64,000 nucleotides of DNA from Camelus ferus (taxonomy: Eukaryota). Every line of letters begins with the position of its first letter. The stretch's first letter is position 1. The stretch is from the NCBI RefSeq assembly GCF_009834535.1, contig NC_045697.1, forward strand, positions 120,654,001-120,718,000. Reading direction: 5' to 3'. Shown here one piece after another: positions 40,698 to 55,289 of this stretch. A program made the translations under genes and the position numbers. Below the pieces are notes generated by a model. The model worked only from the letters and a program-made list of their open reading frames with translations. It was not told where the DNA came from and searched no databases.

Positions 40698-43600
40698 GTG
40701 GATGAAAGTTCTGTAATTCACAGGCACACAACTGACTAATGAATGTTTGTCAAATCCAGTGATGAATGCAGTGTGTTCCGACCACGGAAAGTCACTTTGT
40801 GGGAAACAATTGAAATTGCAATTCTAATGGGTATAACACACATGCAGAGATATTTTCTGGGAAAACTTTATGATTTTCGAGACTGACGTTAGGAAAAATC
40901 TGTGAAATAAGGGTAAATATTTCTAGGTGTATTTATGCCTTGTATGGTGGATGAAAGTTCTGTAATCCACATGCACACAACTGAGTAATGAATGTTTGTC
41001 AAATCCGTGATGCATGTAGCGTGTTCAGAAAATGGAAATTCACTTTGAGGGAAACTATTTAAATTACAATTCTACTGGGTAGAACTCGCATGAAGAGGTT
41101 TTTTTCTGTGAAAACTTCATGATTTTTGAAACTGAAGTTAGGAAAAAGCTGGGAAAGCAGAGTAAATATTTCTAGGTGTAAATATACCTTGTATGGTGGT
41201 GGAAAGTTCAGAAATCCACATGCTCACAACTCAGTAATGAATGATTTCTAAATCCAATATGCATGTAGCGTGTTATGAACACGGAATGTCATGGTAAGTG
41301 AAACATTGTAAATTCATGTCTATTGGATAGAACATGATCGAAGAGAATTTTTCTGTGAAAACTGCCTGTATTTCGCAAGTGGCATTAGGACAAATCTGCG
41401 AACACAGAGAAAAATGTCTAGGTGTAAATATTCAGTGTTTGGTGGATGAAAGTTTGGTACTCCACATGTTACAGAGCTCATTAAAAAATGTTTGTCCAAT
41501 CCGTGATCCATGTAGTCGTGTTCTGAACACAGAATATCACGGTGATAGAATCTTTGTAAATTACATGTGTATTGGGTAGAACTCGTTTCAAAAGCATTTT
41601 TCTGTGAAATCTGCCTCATTTTCAAATCTGACATTAGGTAAACACTTCAAAATCTGAGAAAATGCTTCTAAGTGTCAATATGACTTGTATGGTGGATGAA
41701 AGTTCGGTAATACACACGTTCACCACTCAATAAAGAATGTTTGTCGAATCAGTGATGCATGTAGCGTGTTCGGAACATGCAATGTCACGGTGAGTGAAAG
41801 CATTTAAATTACATGTCCACTTGGTAGAACTTGCTCCAAAAGCATTTTTCTGTGAAATCTGCCTCATTTTCCAAACTGGCATTAGGAAAAAATTCGAATT
41901 TTGAGAAAATGCTTCTAAGTGCCAATATGACTTGTATGGTGATGAAAGTTCAGAAATACACATGCTAACAAACCTGTAGTGAATAATTTTTGAAACCGTG
42001 ATGCATGCAGTTTTTTCAGAACACAGAATTTGACGATGAGCGAATCTCTGTAAATTACATGTCTATTGGGTGGAACAAGTTCCAAGAGTATATTTCTTTG
42101 AAAACTGCCTGATTTCAGAAACTGACGTTAGGAAATATCTGCATATATTTGTACATGTTTCTAGCTGTATATACACATTTTATGGTAGATGAAAGTTCAG
42201 TAATCCACATGCTAACAACTCAGCAGTGAATATTTGTCGAACCTGCGGTGCAAGTAGCAAGTTTGAAGCACGGAATTTCACGGCGAGGGACTCTATGTAA
42301 ATTTATATGTCCAATGTGTAGAACATGCTACAAGAGATTTATCCTGCTATAGTTGCCAGATTTTCTAAACTGCCATTAGGAAAAAGCTGCGAACTCAGAA
42401 TAATGTTTTCTAGGTTTATATATGCCTTATATGGTGGATGAAAATTCTGTAATCTACATGCACACAACTGAGTAACGAATGTTTGTCAAATCCGTGATGA
42501 ATTTAGCATGTTCGGACCATGGAAAGTCACTTTGTGGGAAACTATTGAAATTACAATTCTACTGGGTCGAACTCGCTTGCAGAGATTACTTCTGCAATAA
42601 CATCATGATTTTCAAAACAGACGGTAGGAAAAAGTAGTGAAATCAGAGTAAATATTTCTAGGTGTATATATGTCTCATATGGTGGATGAAAGTTCTGTAA
42701 TCCACATGCACACAACTGAGTAATTAACGTTTGTCAAATCCGTGATGCATGTAGCATGTTCAGAAAACGGAAAGTCGCTTTGAGGGAAACTGCTTAAATT
42801 ACAATTCCTCTGGATAGAACTCGCTTGAAGAGGTTTTTTCCTGAGAAAACTTCATGATTTTAAAACCTGAAGTTAGGAAAAAGCTGTGAAAGCAGAGTAA
42901 ATATTTCTAGGTGTAAATATGCCTTGTATGGTGGATTAAATTTCGGAAATCCACATGCTCTCTAATCAGTAATGAATGTTTTATAAATCCATTATGCATA
43001 GAGCGTGTTCTGAACAGGGAATGTCATGGTAGGTGAAACATTGTAAATTTCATGTCTGTCTGATAGAACACGCTCGAAGAGAATTTTTCTACGAAAACTG
43101 CCTGTTTTTTGCAACTGGCATTCGGACAAATCTGCAAACACAGACAAAAATTTCTAGGTGTAAATATGCCGTGCTTGTTGGATGAATGTTCGGTAATTAA
43201 CACGTTCCCAATTCATTAAACAATGTTTGTCGAATCCGTGATCCATGTAATGTGTTCGGAACACAGACTATCACGGTAATAGAAACCTTGCAAATTACAC
43301 ATGTATTAGGTAGAACTCGCTCCAAAAGCATATATCTGCGAAATCTGACTCATTGTCAAAACTGGCGTTTGGAAACCTCTGTGAAATCAGAGAAAATGCT
43401 TCTAAGTATCAATATGCCTTTTATTAGGCTAAAAGTTCGGTAATCCACATGCAAACACATTTGTAGTGAATATATGTCGAATCCGTTATGCATGTAGCGT
43501 GTTCGAAAGATGTAATTTCACAGCAATGGAATCTCTGTAAATTACATGCCTAGTGGTTAGAAATCGCTCCAACAGTTTTTTCCTTAGAAAAATGCCTAAT

Positions 43601-46600
43601 TTTCAAAACGGCTATTAGGAAATTGCTGCGAACCCATAGTTAATGTTTCTAGGTGCAAATATGTATTGTGTGGTAGATGAAAGTTTGTAATGCACATGCT
43701 TACACTCAATATAGAATGTTGTAGAAACTGTGATGCATGTAATATATTCAGAACAGGGAATGTCATGGTAAGTGAAACTATGTAAATTACAAGTGTATTG
43801 GATAGAACTCACTCCAAGAGGATTTTTCTGTGAAAACTGCCTTATTATCGAAACTGGCATTAATAAATATCTGCAAATACTGAGTACATGCTTCTAGCTG
43901 TATATAAACACTGTATGGTTGATGAAAGTACATTAATCCACATGCTAACAACTCAGCACTTAATATTTGTTGAACTGCGGTTCATGTCGCAATTTCGGAA
44001 CACGGTATGTCATGGCGAGGAGATCTATGTAAATTACATGTCTACTGTGTAGAACACTCTACAAGAGAATTATCCTGCAAAGTTGCCTGATATTCTAAAC
44101 TGCATTCAGGAAAAAGCTGCAAAATCAGAATAATATTTTCAAGGTGTATATATGCATTATATGGTGGATGAAAGTTCTGTAATTCACAGGCACACAACTG
44201 ACTAATGAATGTTTGTCAAATCCGTGATGAATGCAGTGTTTTCCGACCACGGAAAGTCACTTTGTGGGAAACAATTGAAATTGCAATTCTAATGGGTATA
44301 ACACACATGCAGAGATATTTTCTGGGAAAACTTTATGATTTTCGAGACTGACGTTAGGAAAAATCTGTGAAATCAGGGTAAATATTTCTAGGTGTATTTA
44401 TGCCTTGTATGGTGGAATGAAAGTTCTGTAATCCACATGCACACAACTGAGTAATGAATGTTTGTCAAATCCGTGATGCATGTAGCGTGTTCAGAAAATG
44501 GAAAGTCACTTTGAGGGAAACTATTTAAATTACAATTCTACTGGGTAGAACTCGCATGAAGAGGTTTTTTCTGCGAAAACTTCATGATTTTTGAAACTGA
44601 AGTTAGGAAAAAGCTGGGAAAGCAGAGTAAATATTTCTAGGTGTAAATATACCTTGTATGGTGGTGGAAAGTTCAGAAATCCACATGCTCACAACTCAGT
44701 AATGAATGATTTCTAAATCCAATATGCATGTAGCGTGTTATGAACACGGAATGTCATGGTAAGTGAAACATTGTAAATTCATGTCTATTGGATAGAACAT
44801 GATCGAAGAGAATTTTTCTGTGAAAACTGCCTGTATTTCGCAAGTGGCATTAGGACAAATCTGCGAACACAGAGAAAAATGTCTAGGTGTAAATATTCAG
44901 TGTTTGGTGGATGAAAGTTTGGTACTCCACATGTTCAGAGCTCATTAAAAAATGTTTGTCCAATCCGTGATCCATGTAGCGTGTTCGGAACACAGAATAT
45001 CACGGTGATAGAATCTTTGTAAATTACATGTGTATTGGGTAGAACTCGTTTCAAAAGCATTTTTCTGTGAAATCTGCCTCATTTTCAAATCTGACATTAG
45101 GTAAACACTTCAAAATCTGAGAAAATGCTTCTAAGTGTCAATATGACTTGTATGGTGGATGAAAGTTCGGTAATACACACGTTCACCACTCAATAAAGAA
45201 TGTTTGTCGAATCAGTGATGCATGTAGCATGTTCGGAACATGCAAAGTCACGGTGAGTGAAAGCATTTAAATTACATGTCCACTTGGTAGAACTTGCTCC
45301 AAAAGCATTTTTCTATGAAATCTGCCTCATTTTCCAAACTGGCATTAGGAAAAATTTCGAATTTTGAGAAAATGCTTCTAAGTGCCAATATGACTTGTAT
45401 GGTGATGAAAGTTCAGAAATACACATGCTAACAAACCTGTAGTGAATATTTTTGAAACCGTGATGCATGCAGTTTTTTCAGAACACAGAATTTGACGATG
45501 AGCGAATCTCTGTAAATTACATGTCTATTGGTTGGAACAAGTTCCAAGATTATATTTCTTTGAAAACTGCCTGATTTCAGAAACTGACTTTAGGAAAAAT
45601 CTGCATATACTTTGTACATGTTTCTAGCTGTATATACACATTTTATGGTAGATGAAAGTTCAGTAATCCACATGCTAACAACTCAGCAGTGAATATTTGT
45701 CGAACCTGCGGTGCAAGTAGCAAGTTTGAAGCACGGAATTTCACGGCGAGGGACTCTATGTAAATTTTATGTCCAATGTGTAGAACATGCTACAAGAGAT
45801 TTATCCTGCTATAGTTGCCAGATTTTCTAAACTGCCATTAGGAAAAAGCTGCGAACTCAGAATAATGTTTTCTAGGTTTATATATGCCTTATATGGTGGA
45901 TGAAAATTCTGTAATCTACATGCACACAACTGAGTAACGAATGTTTGTCAAATCCGTGATGAATTTAGCATGTTCGGACCATGGAAAGTCACTTTGTGGG
46001 AAACTATTGAAATTACAATTCTACTGGGTCGAACTCGCTTGCAGAGATTACTTCTGCAAAAACATCATGATTTTCAAAACAGACGGTAGGAAAAAGTAGT
46101 GAAATCAGAGTAAATATTTCTAGGTGTATATATGTCTCATATGGTGGATGAAAGTTCTGTAATCCACATGCACACAACTGAGTAATTAACGTTTGTCAAA
46201 TCCGTGATGCATGTAGCATGTTCAGAAAACGGAAAGTCGCTTTGAGGGAAACTGCTTAAATTACAATTCCTCTGGATAGAACTCGCTTGAAGAGGTTTTT
46301 TCCTGAGAAAACTTCATGATTTTAAAACCTGAAGTTAGGAAAAAGCTGTGAAAGCAGAGTAAATATTTCTAGGTGTAAATATGCCTTGTTTGGTGGATTA
46401 AATTTCGGAAATCCACATGCTCTCTAATCAGTAATGAATGTTTTATAAATCCATTATGCATAGAGCGTGTTCTGAACAGGGAATGTCATGGTAGGTGAAA
46501 CATTGTAAATTTCATGTCTGTCTGATAGAACACGCTCGAAGAGAATTTTTCTGTGAAAACTGCCTGTTTTTTGCAACTGGCATTCGGACAAATCTGCAAA

Positions 46601-47622
46601 CACAGAGAAAAATTTCTAGGTGTAAATATGCCGTGTTTGTTGGATGAATGTTCGGTAATTAACACGTCCCCAACTCATTAAACAATGTTTGTCGAATCCG
46701 TGATCCGTGTAAAGTGTTCGGAACACAGACTATCACGGTAATAGAAACCTTGCAAATTACACATGTATTAGGTAGAACTCGCTCCAAAAGAATTATCTGC
46801 GAAATCTGCCTCATTTTCAAAACTGGCGTTTGGAAACCTCTGTGAAATCAGAGAAAATGCTTCTAAGTATCAATATGCCTTTTATATGCTGAAAGTTCGG
46901 TAATCCACATGCAAACACATTTGTAGTGAATATATGTCGAAACCGTTATGCATGTAGCGTGTTCGAAAGACGTAATTACACAGCAATGGAATCTCTGTAA
47001 ATTACATGCCTAGTGGGTAGAAATCGCTCCAACAGTTTTTTCCTTAGAAAAACGCCTAATTTTCAAAACTGCTTTAGGAAATTGCTGCGAACTCATAGTT
47101 AATTTTTCTAGGTGCAAATATGACTTCTGTGGTAGATGAAAGTTTGTAATGAACATGCTTACACTCAATATAGAATGTTGTAGAAACTGTGATGCATGTA
47201 ATGTATTCAGAACACGGAATGTCATGGTAAGTGAAACTATGTTAATTACAAGTGTATTGGATAGAACTCACTCCAAGAGGATTTTTCTGTGAAAACTGCC
47301 TTATTTTCGAAACTGGCATTAAGAAATATCTGCAAATACTGAGTACATGCTTCTAGCTGTATATATACATTGTATGGTAGATGAAAGTACATTAATCCAC
47401 ATGCTAACAACTCAGCACTTAATATTTGTTGAACTGCGGTTCATGTAGCATTTTCGGAACACGGTATGTCATGGCGAGGAGATCTATGTAAATTACATGT
47501 CTACTGTGTAGAACACTCTACAAGAGAATTATCCTGCAAAGTTGCCTGATATTCTAAACTGCAGTTAGGAAAAAGCTGCAAAATCAGAATAATATTTTCA
47601 AGGTGTATATATGCATTATATG
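40698..47622 (+). repeat. Two tandem 14-mer HOR variants (3466 and 3459 bp)
   Basis: M1 anchors at 40698, 44164 and 47623. The M11 body runs directly into the M13 tail (AAAACTGGCGTTTGGAAACCTCTG) at ~43360 and ~46820. Confidence 0.93.
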
Positions 47623-50600
47623 GTGGATGAAAGTTCTGTAATTCACAGGCACACAACTGACTAATGAATGTTTGTCAAATCCGTGATGAATGCAGTGTTT
47701 TCCGACCACGGAAAGTCACTTTGTGGGAAACAATTGAAATTGCAATTCTAATGGGTACAACACACATGCAGAGATATTTTCTGGGAAAACTTTATGATTT
47801 TCGAGACTGACGTTAGGAAAAATCTGTGAAATCAGGGTAAATATTCTAGGTGTATTTATGCCTTGTATGGTGGATGAAAGTTCTGTAATCCACATGCACA
47901 CAACTGAGTAATGAATGTTTGTCAAATCCGTGATGCATGTAGCATGTTCAGAAAATTGAAATTCACTTTGAGGGAAACGATTTAAACTAGAATTCTACTG
48001 GGTAGAACTCGCATGAAGAGGTTTTCTCTGCGAAAACTTCATGATTTTTGAAACTGAAATTAGGAAAAAGCTGGGAAAGCAGAGTAAATATTTCTATGTG
48101 TAAATACACCTTGTATGGTGGTGGAAAGTTCAGAAATCCACATGCTCACAACTCAGTAATGAATGATTTCTAAATCCAATATGCATGTAGCGTGTTATGA
48201 ACACGGAATGTCATGGTAAGTGAAACATTGTAAATTCATGTCTATTGGATAGAACATGATCGAAGAGAATTTTTCTGTGAAAACTGCCTGTATTTCGCAA
48301 GTGGCATTAGGACAAATCTGCGAACACAGAGAAAAATGTCTAGGTGTAAATATTCAGTGTTTGGTGGATGAAAGTTTGGTACTCCACATGTTCAGAGCTC
48401 ATTAAAAAATGTTTGTCCAATCCGTGATCCATGTAGCGTGTTCTGAACACAGAATATCACGGTGATAGAATCTTTGTAAATTACATGTGTATTGGGTAGA
48501 ACTCGTTTCAAAAGCATTTTTCTGTGAAATCTGCCTCATTTTCAAATCTGACATTAGGTAAACACTTCAAAATCTGAGAAAATGCTTCTAAGTGTCAATA
48601 TGACTTGTATGGTGGATGAAAGTTCGGTAATACACACGTTCACCACTCAATAAAGAATGTTTGTCGAATCAGTGATGCATGTAGCGTGTTCGGAACATGC
48701 AATGTCACGGTGAGTGAAAGCATTTAAATTACATGTCCACTTGGTAGAACTTGCTGCAAAAGCATTTTTCTGTGAAATCTGCCTCATTTCCCAAACTGGC
48801 ATTAGGAAAAAATTCGAATTTTGAGAAAATGCTTCTAAGTGCCAATATGACTTGTATGGTGATGAAAGTTCAGAAATACACATGCAAACAAACCTGTAGT
48901 GAATAATTTTTGAAACCGTGATGCATGCAGTTTTTTCAGAAGACACAATTTGACGATGAGCGAATCTCTGTAAATTACATGTCTATTGGGTGGAACAAGT
49001 TCCAAGAGTATATTTCTTTGAAAACTGCCTGATTTCAGAAACTGACGTTAGGAAAAATCTGCATATATTTTGTACATGTTTCTAGCTGTATATACACATT
49101 TTATGGTAGATGAAAGTTCAGTAATCCACATGTTAACAACTCAGCAGTGAATATTTGTCGAACCTGCGGTGCAAGTAGCAAGTTTGAAGCACGGAATTTC
49201 ACGGCGAGGGATTCTATGTAAATTTTATGTCCAATGTGTAGAACATGCTATAAGAGATTTATTATGCTATAGTTGCCAGATTTTCTAAACTGCCATTAGG
49301 AAAAAGCTGCGAACTCAGTATAATGCTTTCTAGGTTTATATATGCCTTATATGGTGGATGAAAATTCTGTAATCTACATGCACACAACTGAGTAATGAAT
49401 GTTTGTCAAATCCGTGATGAATTTAGCATGTTCGGACCATGGAAAGTCACTTTGTGGGAAACTACTGAAATTACAATTCTACTGGTTAGAACTCGCTTGC
49501 AGATATTACTTCTGCAAAAACATCATGATTTTCAAAACAGACGGTAGGAAAAAGTAGTGAAATCAGAGTAAATATTTCTAGGTGTATATATGTCTCATAT
49601 GGTGGATGAAAGTTCTGTAATCCACATGCACACAACTGAGTAATTAACGTTTGTCAAATCCGTGATGCATGTAGCATGTTCAGAAAACGGAAAGTCGCTT
49701 TGAGGGAAACTGCTTAAATTACAATTCCTCTGGATAGAACTCGCTTGAAGAGGTTTTTTCCTGAGAAAACTTCATGATTTTAAAACCTGAAGTTAGGAAA
49801 AAGCTGTGAAAGCAGAGTAAATATTTCTAGGTGTAAATATGCCTTGTTTGGTGGATTAAATTTCGGAAATCCACATGCTCTCTAATCAGTAATGAATGTT
49901 TTATAAATCCATTATGCATAGAGCGTGTTCTGAACAGGGAATGTCATGGTAGTTGAAACATTGTAAATTTCATGTCTGTCTGATAGAACACGCTCGAAGA
50001 GAATTTTTCTGTGAAAACTGCCTGTTTTTTGCAACTGGCATTCGGACAAATCTGCAAACACAGAGAAAAATTTCTAGGTGTAAATATGCCGTGTTTGTTG
50101 GATGAATGTTCGGAAATCAACACGTTCCCAACTCATTAATCAATGTTTGTCGAATCCGTGATCTATGTAATGTGTTCGGAACACAGACTATCACGGTAAT
50201 AGAAACCTTGCAAATTACACATGTATTAGGTAGAACTCGCTCCAAAAGCATTTATCTGCGAAATCTGCCTCATTTTCAAAACTGGCATTAGAAAAACACT
50301 TCGAAATTTGAGAAAATGATTCTAAGTGTCAATATGAATTGTATGGTGGATGAAAGTTCAGTAATCCACATGCTAAAAAATTCTGTAGTGAATATTTGTC
50401 GAAAATGTTATGCATGCAGCTTTCTCGGAACACAGAATTTGACGGTGAGGGAACCTATGTAAATTAAATGTCTATTCTGTGGAACTCTCTCCAAGAGCAT
50501 TTTTCGGTGAAAACTGCCTCATTTTCGAAACTGGCGTTAGGAAAACTTTCAAAAAATGAGAAAATATTTTTAAGCGACATTATGCCTTGTATGGTAGATA

Positions 50601-51579
50601 CAACTACGGTAATCCACATGCTAACAACTCTGTATTGAAAATTTGTGGAATCCGAGATGCATGTAGCCTGTTCAGAACACGGAATTTCACGGTGAGCAAA
50701 TCTTTGTAAATTACAATTCTCTTGGGAAGAACTCGCTCCAAGAGCTTTTTGCTGTGAAATCTGCTGCATTTTGGAATCTGGCGATTGGAAACCTCTGTGA
50801 AATCAGAGAAAATGCTTCTAAGTATCAATATGCCTTTTATTATGCTGAAAGTTCGGTAATCCACATGCAAACACATTTGTAGTGAATATATGTCGAATCC
50901 GTTATGCATGTAGCGTGTTCGAAAGACGTAATTTCACAGCAATGGAATCTATGTAAATTACATGCCTAGTGAGTAGAAATCGCTCCAACAGTTTTTTCCT
51001 TCGAAAAATGCCTAATTTTCAAAACTGCTATTAGGAAATTGCTGCGAACCCAGAATTAATGTTTCTAGGTGCAAATATGTCTGGTGTGGTAGATGAAAGT
51101 TTGTAATGCACATGCTTACACTCAATATAGAATGTTGTAGAATCTGTGATGCATGTAATGTTTTCAGAACACGGAATGTCATGGTAAGTGAAACTATGTA
51201 AATTACAAGTGTATTGGATAGAACTCACTCCAAGAGGATTTTTCTGTGAAAACTGTCTTATTTTCGAAACTGGCATTAAGAAATATCTGCAAATACTGAG
51301 TACATGCTTCTAGCTGTATATATACATTGTATGGTAGATGAAAGTACATTAATCCACATGCTAACAACTCAGCACTTAATATTTGTCGAACTGCTGTGCA
51401 TGTAGCATTTTCGAAACACGGTATGTCACGGCGAGGAGATCTATGTAAATTACATGTCTACTGTGTAGAACACTCTACAAGAGAATTATCCTGCAAAGTT
51501 GCCTGATATTCTAAACTGCAGTTAGGAAAAAGCTGCAAAATCAGAATAATATTTTCAAGGTGTATATATGCATTATATG
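47623..51579 (+). repeat. 16-mer HOR unit (3957 bp), type A of the alternating block
   Basis: M1 anchors at 47623 and 51580. Confidence 0.93.
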
Positions 51580-54500
51580 GTGGATGAAAGTTCTGTAATT
51601 CACAGGCACACAACTGACTAATGAATGTTTGTCAAATCCGTGATGAATGCAGTGTTTTCCGACCACGGAAAGTCACTTTGTGGGAAACAATTGAAATTGC
51701 AATACTAATGGGTAGAACACACATGCAGAGATTTTTTCTGGGAAAACTTTATGATTTTCGAGACTGACGTTAGGAAAAATCTGTGAAATCAGGGTAAATA
51801 TTTCTAGGTGTATTTATGCCTTGTATGGTGGAAGAAAGTTCTGTAATCCAAATGCACACAACTGAGTAATGAATGTTTGTCAAATCCGTGATGCATGTAG
51901 CGTGTTCAGAAAATGGAAAGTCACTTTGAGGGAAACCATTTAAATTATAATTCTACTGAGTAGAACTCGCATGAAGAGGTTTTTTCTGTGAAAACTTCAT
52001 GATTTTTGAAACTGAATTTAGGAAAAAGCTGGGAAAGCAGAGTAAATATTTCTAGGTGTAAATATACCTTGTATGGTGGTGGAAAGTTCAGAAATCCACA
52101 TGCTCACAACTCAGTAATGAATGATTTCTAAATCCAATATGCATGTAGCGTGTTATGAACACGGAATGTCATGGTAAGTGAAACATTGTAAATTCATGTC
52201 TATTGGATAGAACATGATCGAAGAGAATTTTTCTGTGAAAACTGCCTGTATTTCGCAAGTGGCATTAGGACAAATCTGCGAACACAGAGAAAATTGTCTA
52301 GGTGTAAATATTCAGTGTTTGGTGGATGAAAGTTTGGTACTCCACATGTTCACAGCTCATTAAAAAATGTTTGTCCAATCCGTGATCCATGTAGCGTGTT
52401 CTGAACACAGAATATCACGGTGATAGAATCTTTGTAAATTACATCTGTATTGGGTAGAACTCGTTTCAAAAGCATTTTTCTGTGAAATCTGCCTCATTTT
52501 CAAATCTGACATTAGGTAAACACTTCAAAATCTGAGAAAATGCTTCTAAGTGTCAATATGACTTGTATGGTGGATGAAAGTTCGGTAATACACACGTTCA
52601 CCACTCAATAAAGAATGTTTGTCGAATCAGTGATGCATGTAGCGTGTTCGGAACATGCAATGTCACGGTGAGTAAAAGCATTTAAATTACATGTCCACTT
52701 GGTAGAACTTGCTGCAAAAGCATTTTTCTGTGAAATCTGCCTCATTTCCCAAACTGGCATTAGGAAAAAATTCGAATTTTGAGAAAATGCTTCTAAGGGC
52801 CAATATGACTTGTATGGTGATGAAAGTTCAGAAATACACATGCAAACAAACCTGTAGTGAATACTTTTTGAAACCGTGATGCATGCAGTTTTTTCAGAAG
52901 ACACAATTTGACGATGAGCGAATCTCTGTAAATTACATGTCTATTGGGTGGAACAAGTTCCAAGAGTATATTTCTTTGAAAACTGCCTGATTTCAGAAAC
53001 TGACTTTAGGAAAAATCTGCATATATTTTGTACATGTTTCTAGCTGTATATACACATTTTATGGTAGATGAAAGTTCAGTAATCCACATGTTAACAACTC
53101 AGCAGTGAATATTTGTCGAACCTGCGGTGCAAGTAGCAAGTTTGAAGCACGGAATTTCACGGCGAGGGATTCTATGTAAATTTTATGTCCAATGTGTAGA
53201 ACATGCTATAAGAGATTTATTATGCTATAGTTGCCAGATTTTCTAAACTGCCATTAGGAAAAACCTGCGAACTCAGTATAATGCTTTCTAGGTTTATATA
53301 TGCCTCAAAATGTGGATGAAAATTCTGTAATCTACATGCACTCAACTGAGTAAGGAATGTTTGTCAAATCCGTGATGAATTTAGCATGTTCGGACCATGG
53401 AAAGTCACTTTGTGGGAAAAACTACTGAAATTAAAATTCCTCTGAATAGAACTCGCTTGAAGGTTTTTTCCTGAGAAAACTTCATGATTTTAAAACTGAA
53501 GTTAGGAAAAGCTGTGAAAGCAGAGTAAATATTTCTAGGTGTAAATATGCCTTGTTTGGTGGATTAAATTTCGGAAATCCACATGCTCTCTAATCAGTAA
53601 TGAATGTTTTATAAATCCATTATGCATAGAGCGTGTTCTGAACAGGGAATGTCATGGGTAGTTGAAACATTGTAAATTTCACGTCTGTCTGATAGAAAAC
53701 GCTCGAACAGAATTTTTCTGTGAAAACTGCCTGTTTTTGCAACTGGCATTCGGACAAATCTGCAAACACAGAGAAAAATTTCTAGGTGTAAATATGCCGT
53801 GTTTGTTGGATGAATGTTCGGAAATCAACACGTTACCCAACTCATTAATCAATGTTTATCGAATCCGTGATCTATGTAATGTGTTCGGAACACAGACTAT
53901 CACGGTAATAGAAACCTTGCAAATTACACATGTATTAGGTAGAACTCGCTCCAAAAGCATTTATCTGCGAAATCTACCTCATTTTCAAAACTGGCATTAG
54001 AAAAACACTTCGAAATTTGAGAAAATGATTCTAAGTGTCAATATGAATTGTATGGTGGATGAAAGTTCAGTAATCCACATGCTAAAAAATTCTGTAGTGA
54101 ATATTTGTCGAAAATGTTATGCATGCAGCTTTCTCGGAACACAGAATTTGACGGTGAGGGAACCTATGTAAATTAAATGTCTATTCTGTGGAACTCTCTC
54201 CAAGAGTATTTTTCGGTGAAAACTGACTCATTTTCGAAACTGGCGTTAGGAAAACTTTCAAAACATGAGAAAATATTTGTAAGCGACATTATGCCTTGTA
54301 TGGTGTATAAAACTACGGTAATCCACATGCTAACAACTCTGTATTGAAAATTTGTGGAATCCGAGATGCATGTAGCCTGTTCAGAACACGGAATTTCACG
54401 GTGAGCAAATCTTTGTAAATTACAATTCTCTTGGGAAGAACTCGCTCCAAGAGCTTTTTGCTGTGAAATCTGCTGCATTTTGGAATCTGGCGATTGGAAA

Positions 54501-55289
54501 CCTCTGTGAAATCAGAGAAAATGCTTCTAAGTATCAATATGCCTTTTATTATGCTGAAAGTTCGGTAATCCACATGCAAACACATTTGTAGTGAATATAT
54601 GTCGAATCCGTTATGCATGTAGCGTGTTCGAAAGACGTAATTTCACAGCAATGGGATCTATGTAAATTACATGCCTAGTGAGTAGAAATCGCTCCAACAG
54701 TTTTTTCCTTCGAAAAATGCCTAATTTCCAAAACTGCTATTAGGAAATTGCTGCGAACCCAGAATTAATGATTTCTAGGTGCAAATATGTCTGGTGTGGT
54801 AGATGAAAGTTTGTAATGCACATGCTTACACTCAATATAGAATGTTGTAGAATCTGTGATGCATGTAATGTTTTCAGAACACGGAATGTCATGGTAAGTG
54901 AAACTATGTAAATTACAAGTGTATTGGATAGAACTCACTCCAAGAGGATTTTTCTGTGAAAACTGTCTTATTTTCGAAACTGGCATTAAGAAATATCTGC
55001 AAATACTGAGTACATGCTTCTAGCTGTATATATACATTGTATGGTAGATGAAAGTACATTAATCCACATGCTAACAACTCAGCACTTAATATTTGTCGAA
55101 CTGCTGTGCATGTAGCATTTTCGAAACACGGTATGTCACGGCGAGGAGATCTATGTAAATTACATGTCTACTGTGTAGAACACTCTACAAGAGAATTATC
55201 CTGCATAGTTGCCTGATATTCTAAACTGCAGTTAGGAAAAAGCTGCAAAATCAGAATAATATATTCAAGGTGTATATATGCATTATATG
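51580..55289 (+). repeat. 15-mer HOR variant (3710 bp), type B, with an M8/M9 fusion monomer
   Basis: The M8 head (GGACCATGGAAAGTCACTTTGTGGG) joins the M9 tail (ATTCCTCTG.ATAGAACTCGCTTGA) at ~53430. Confidence 0.9.
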
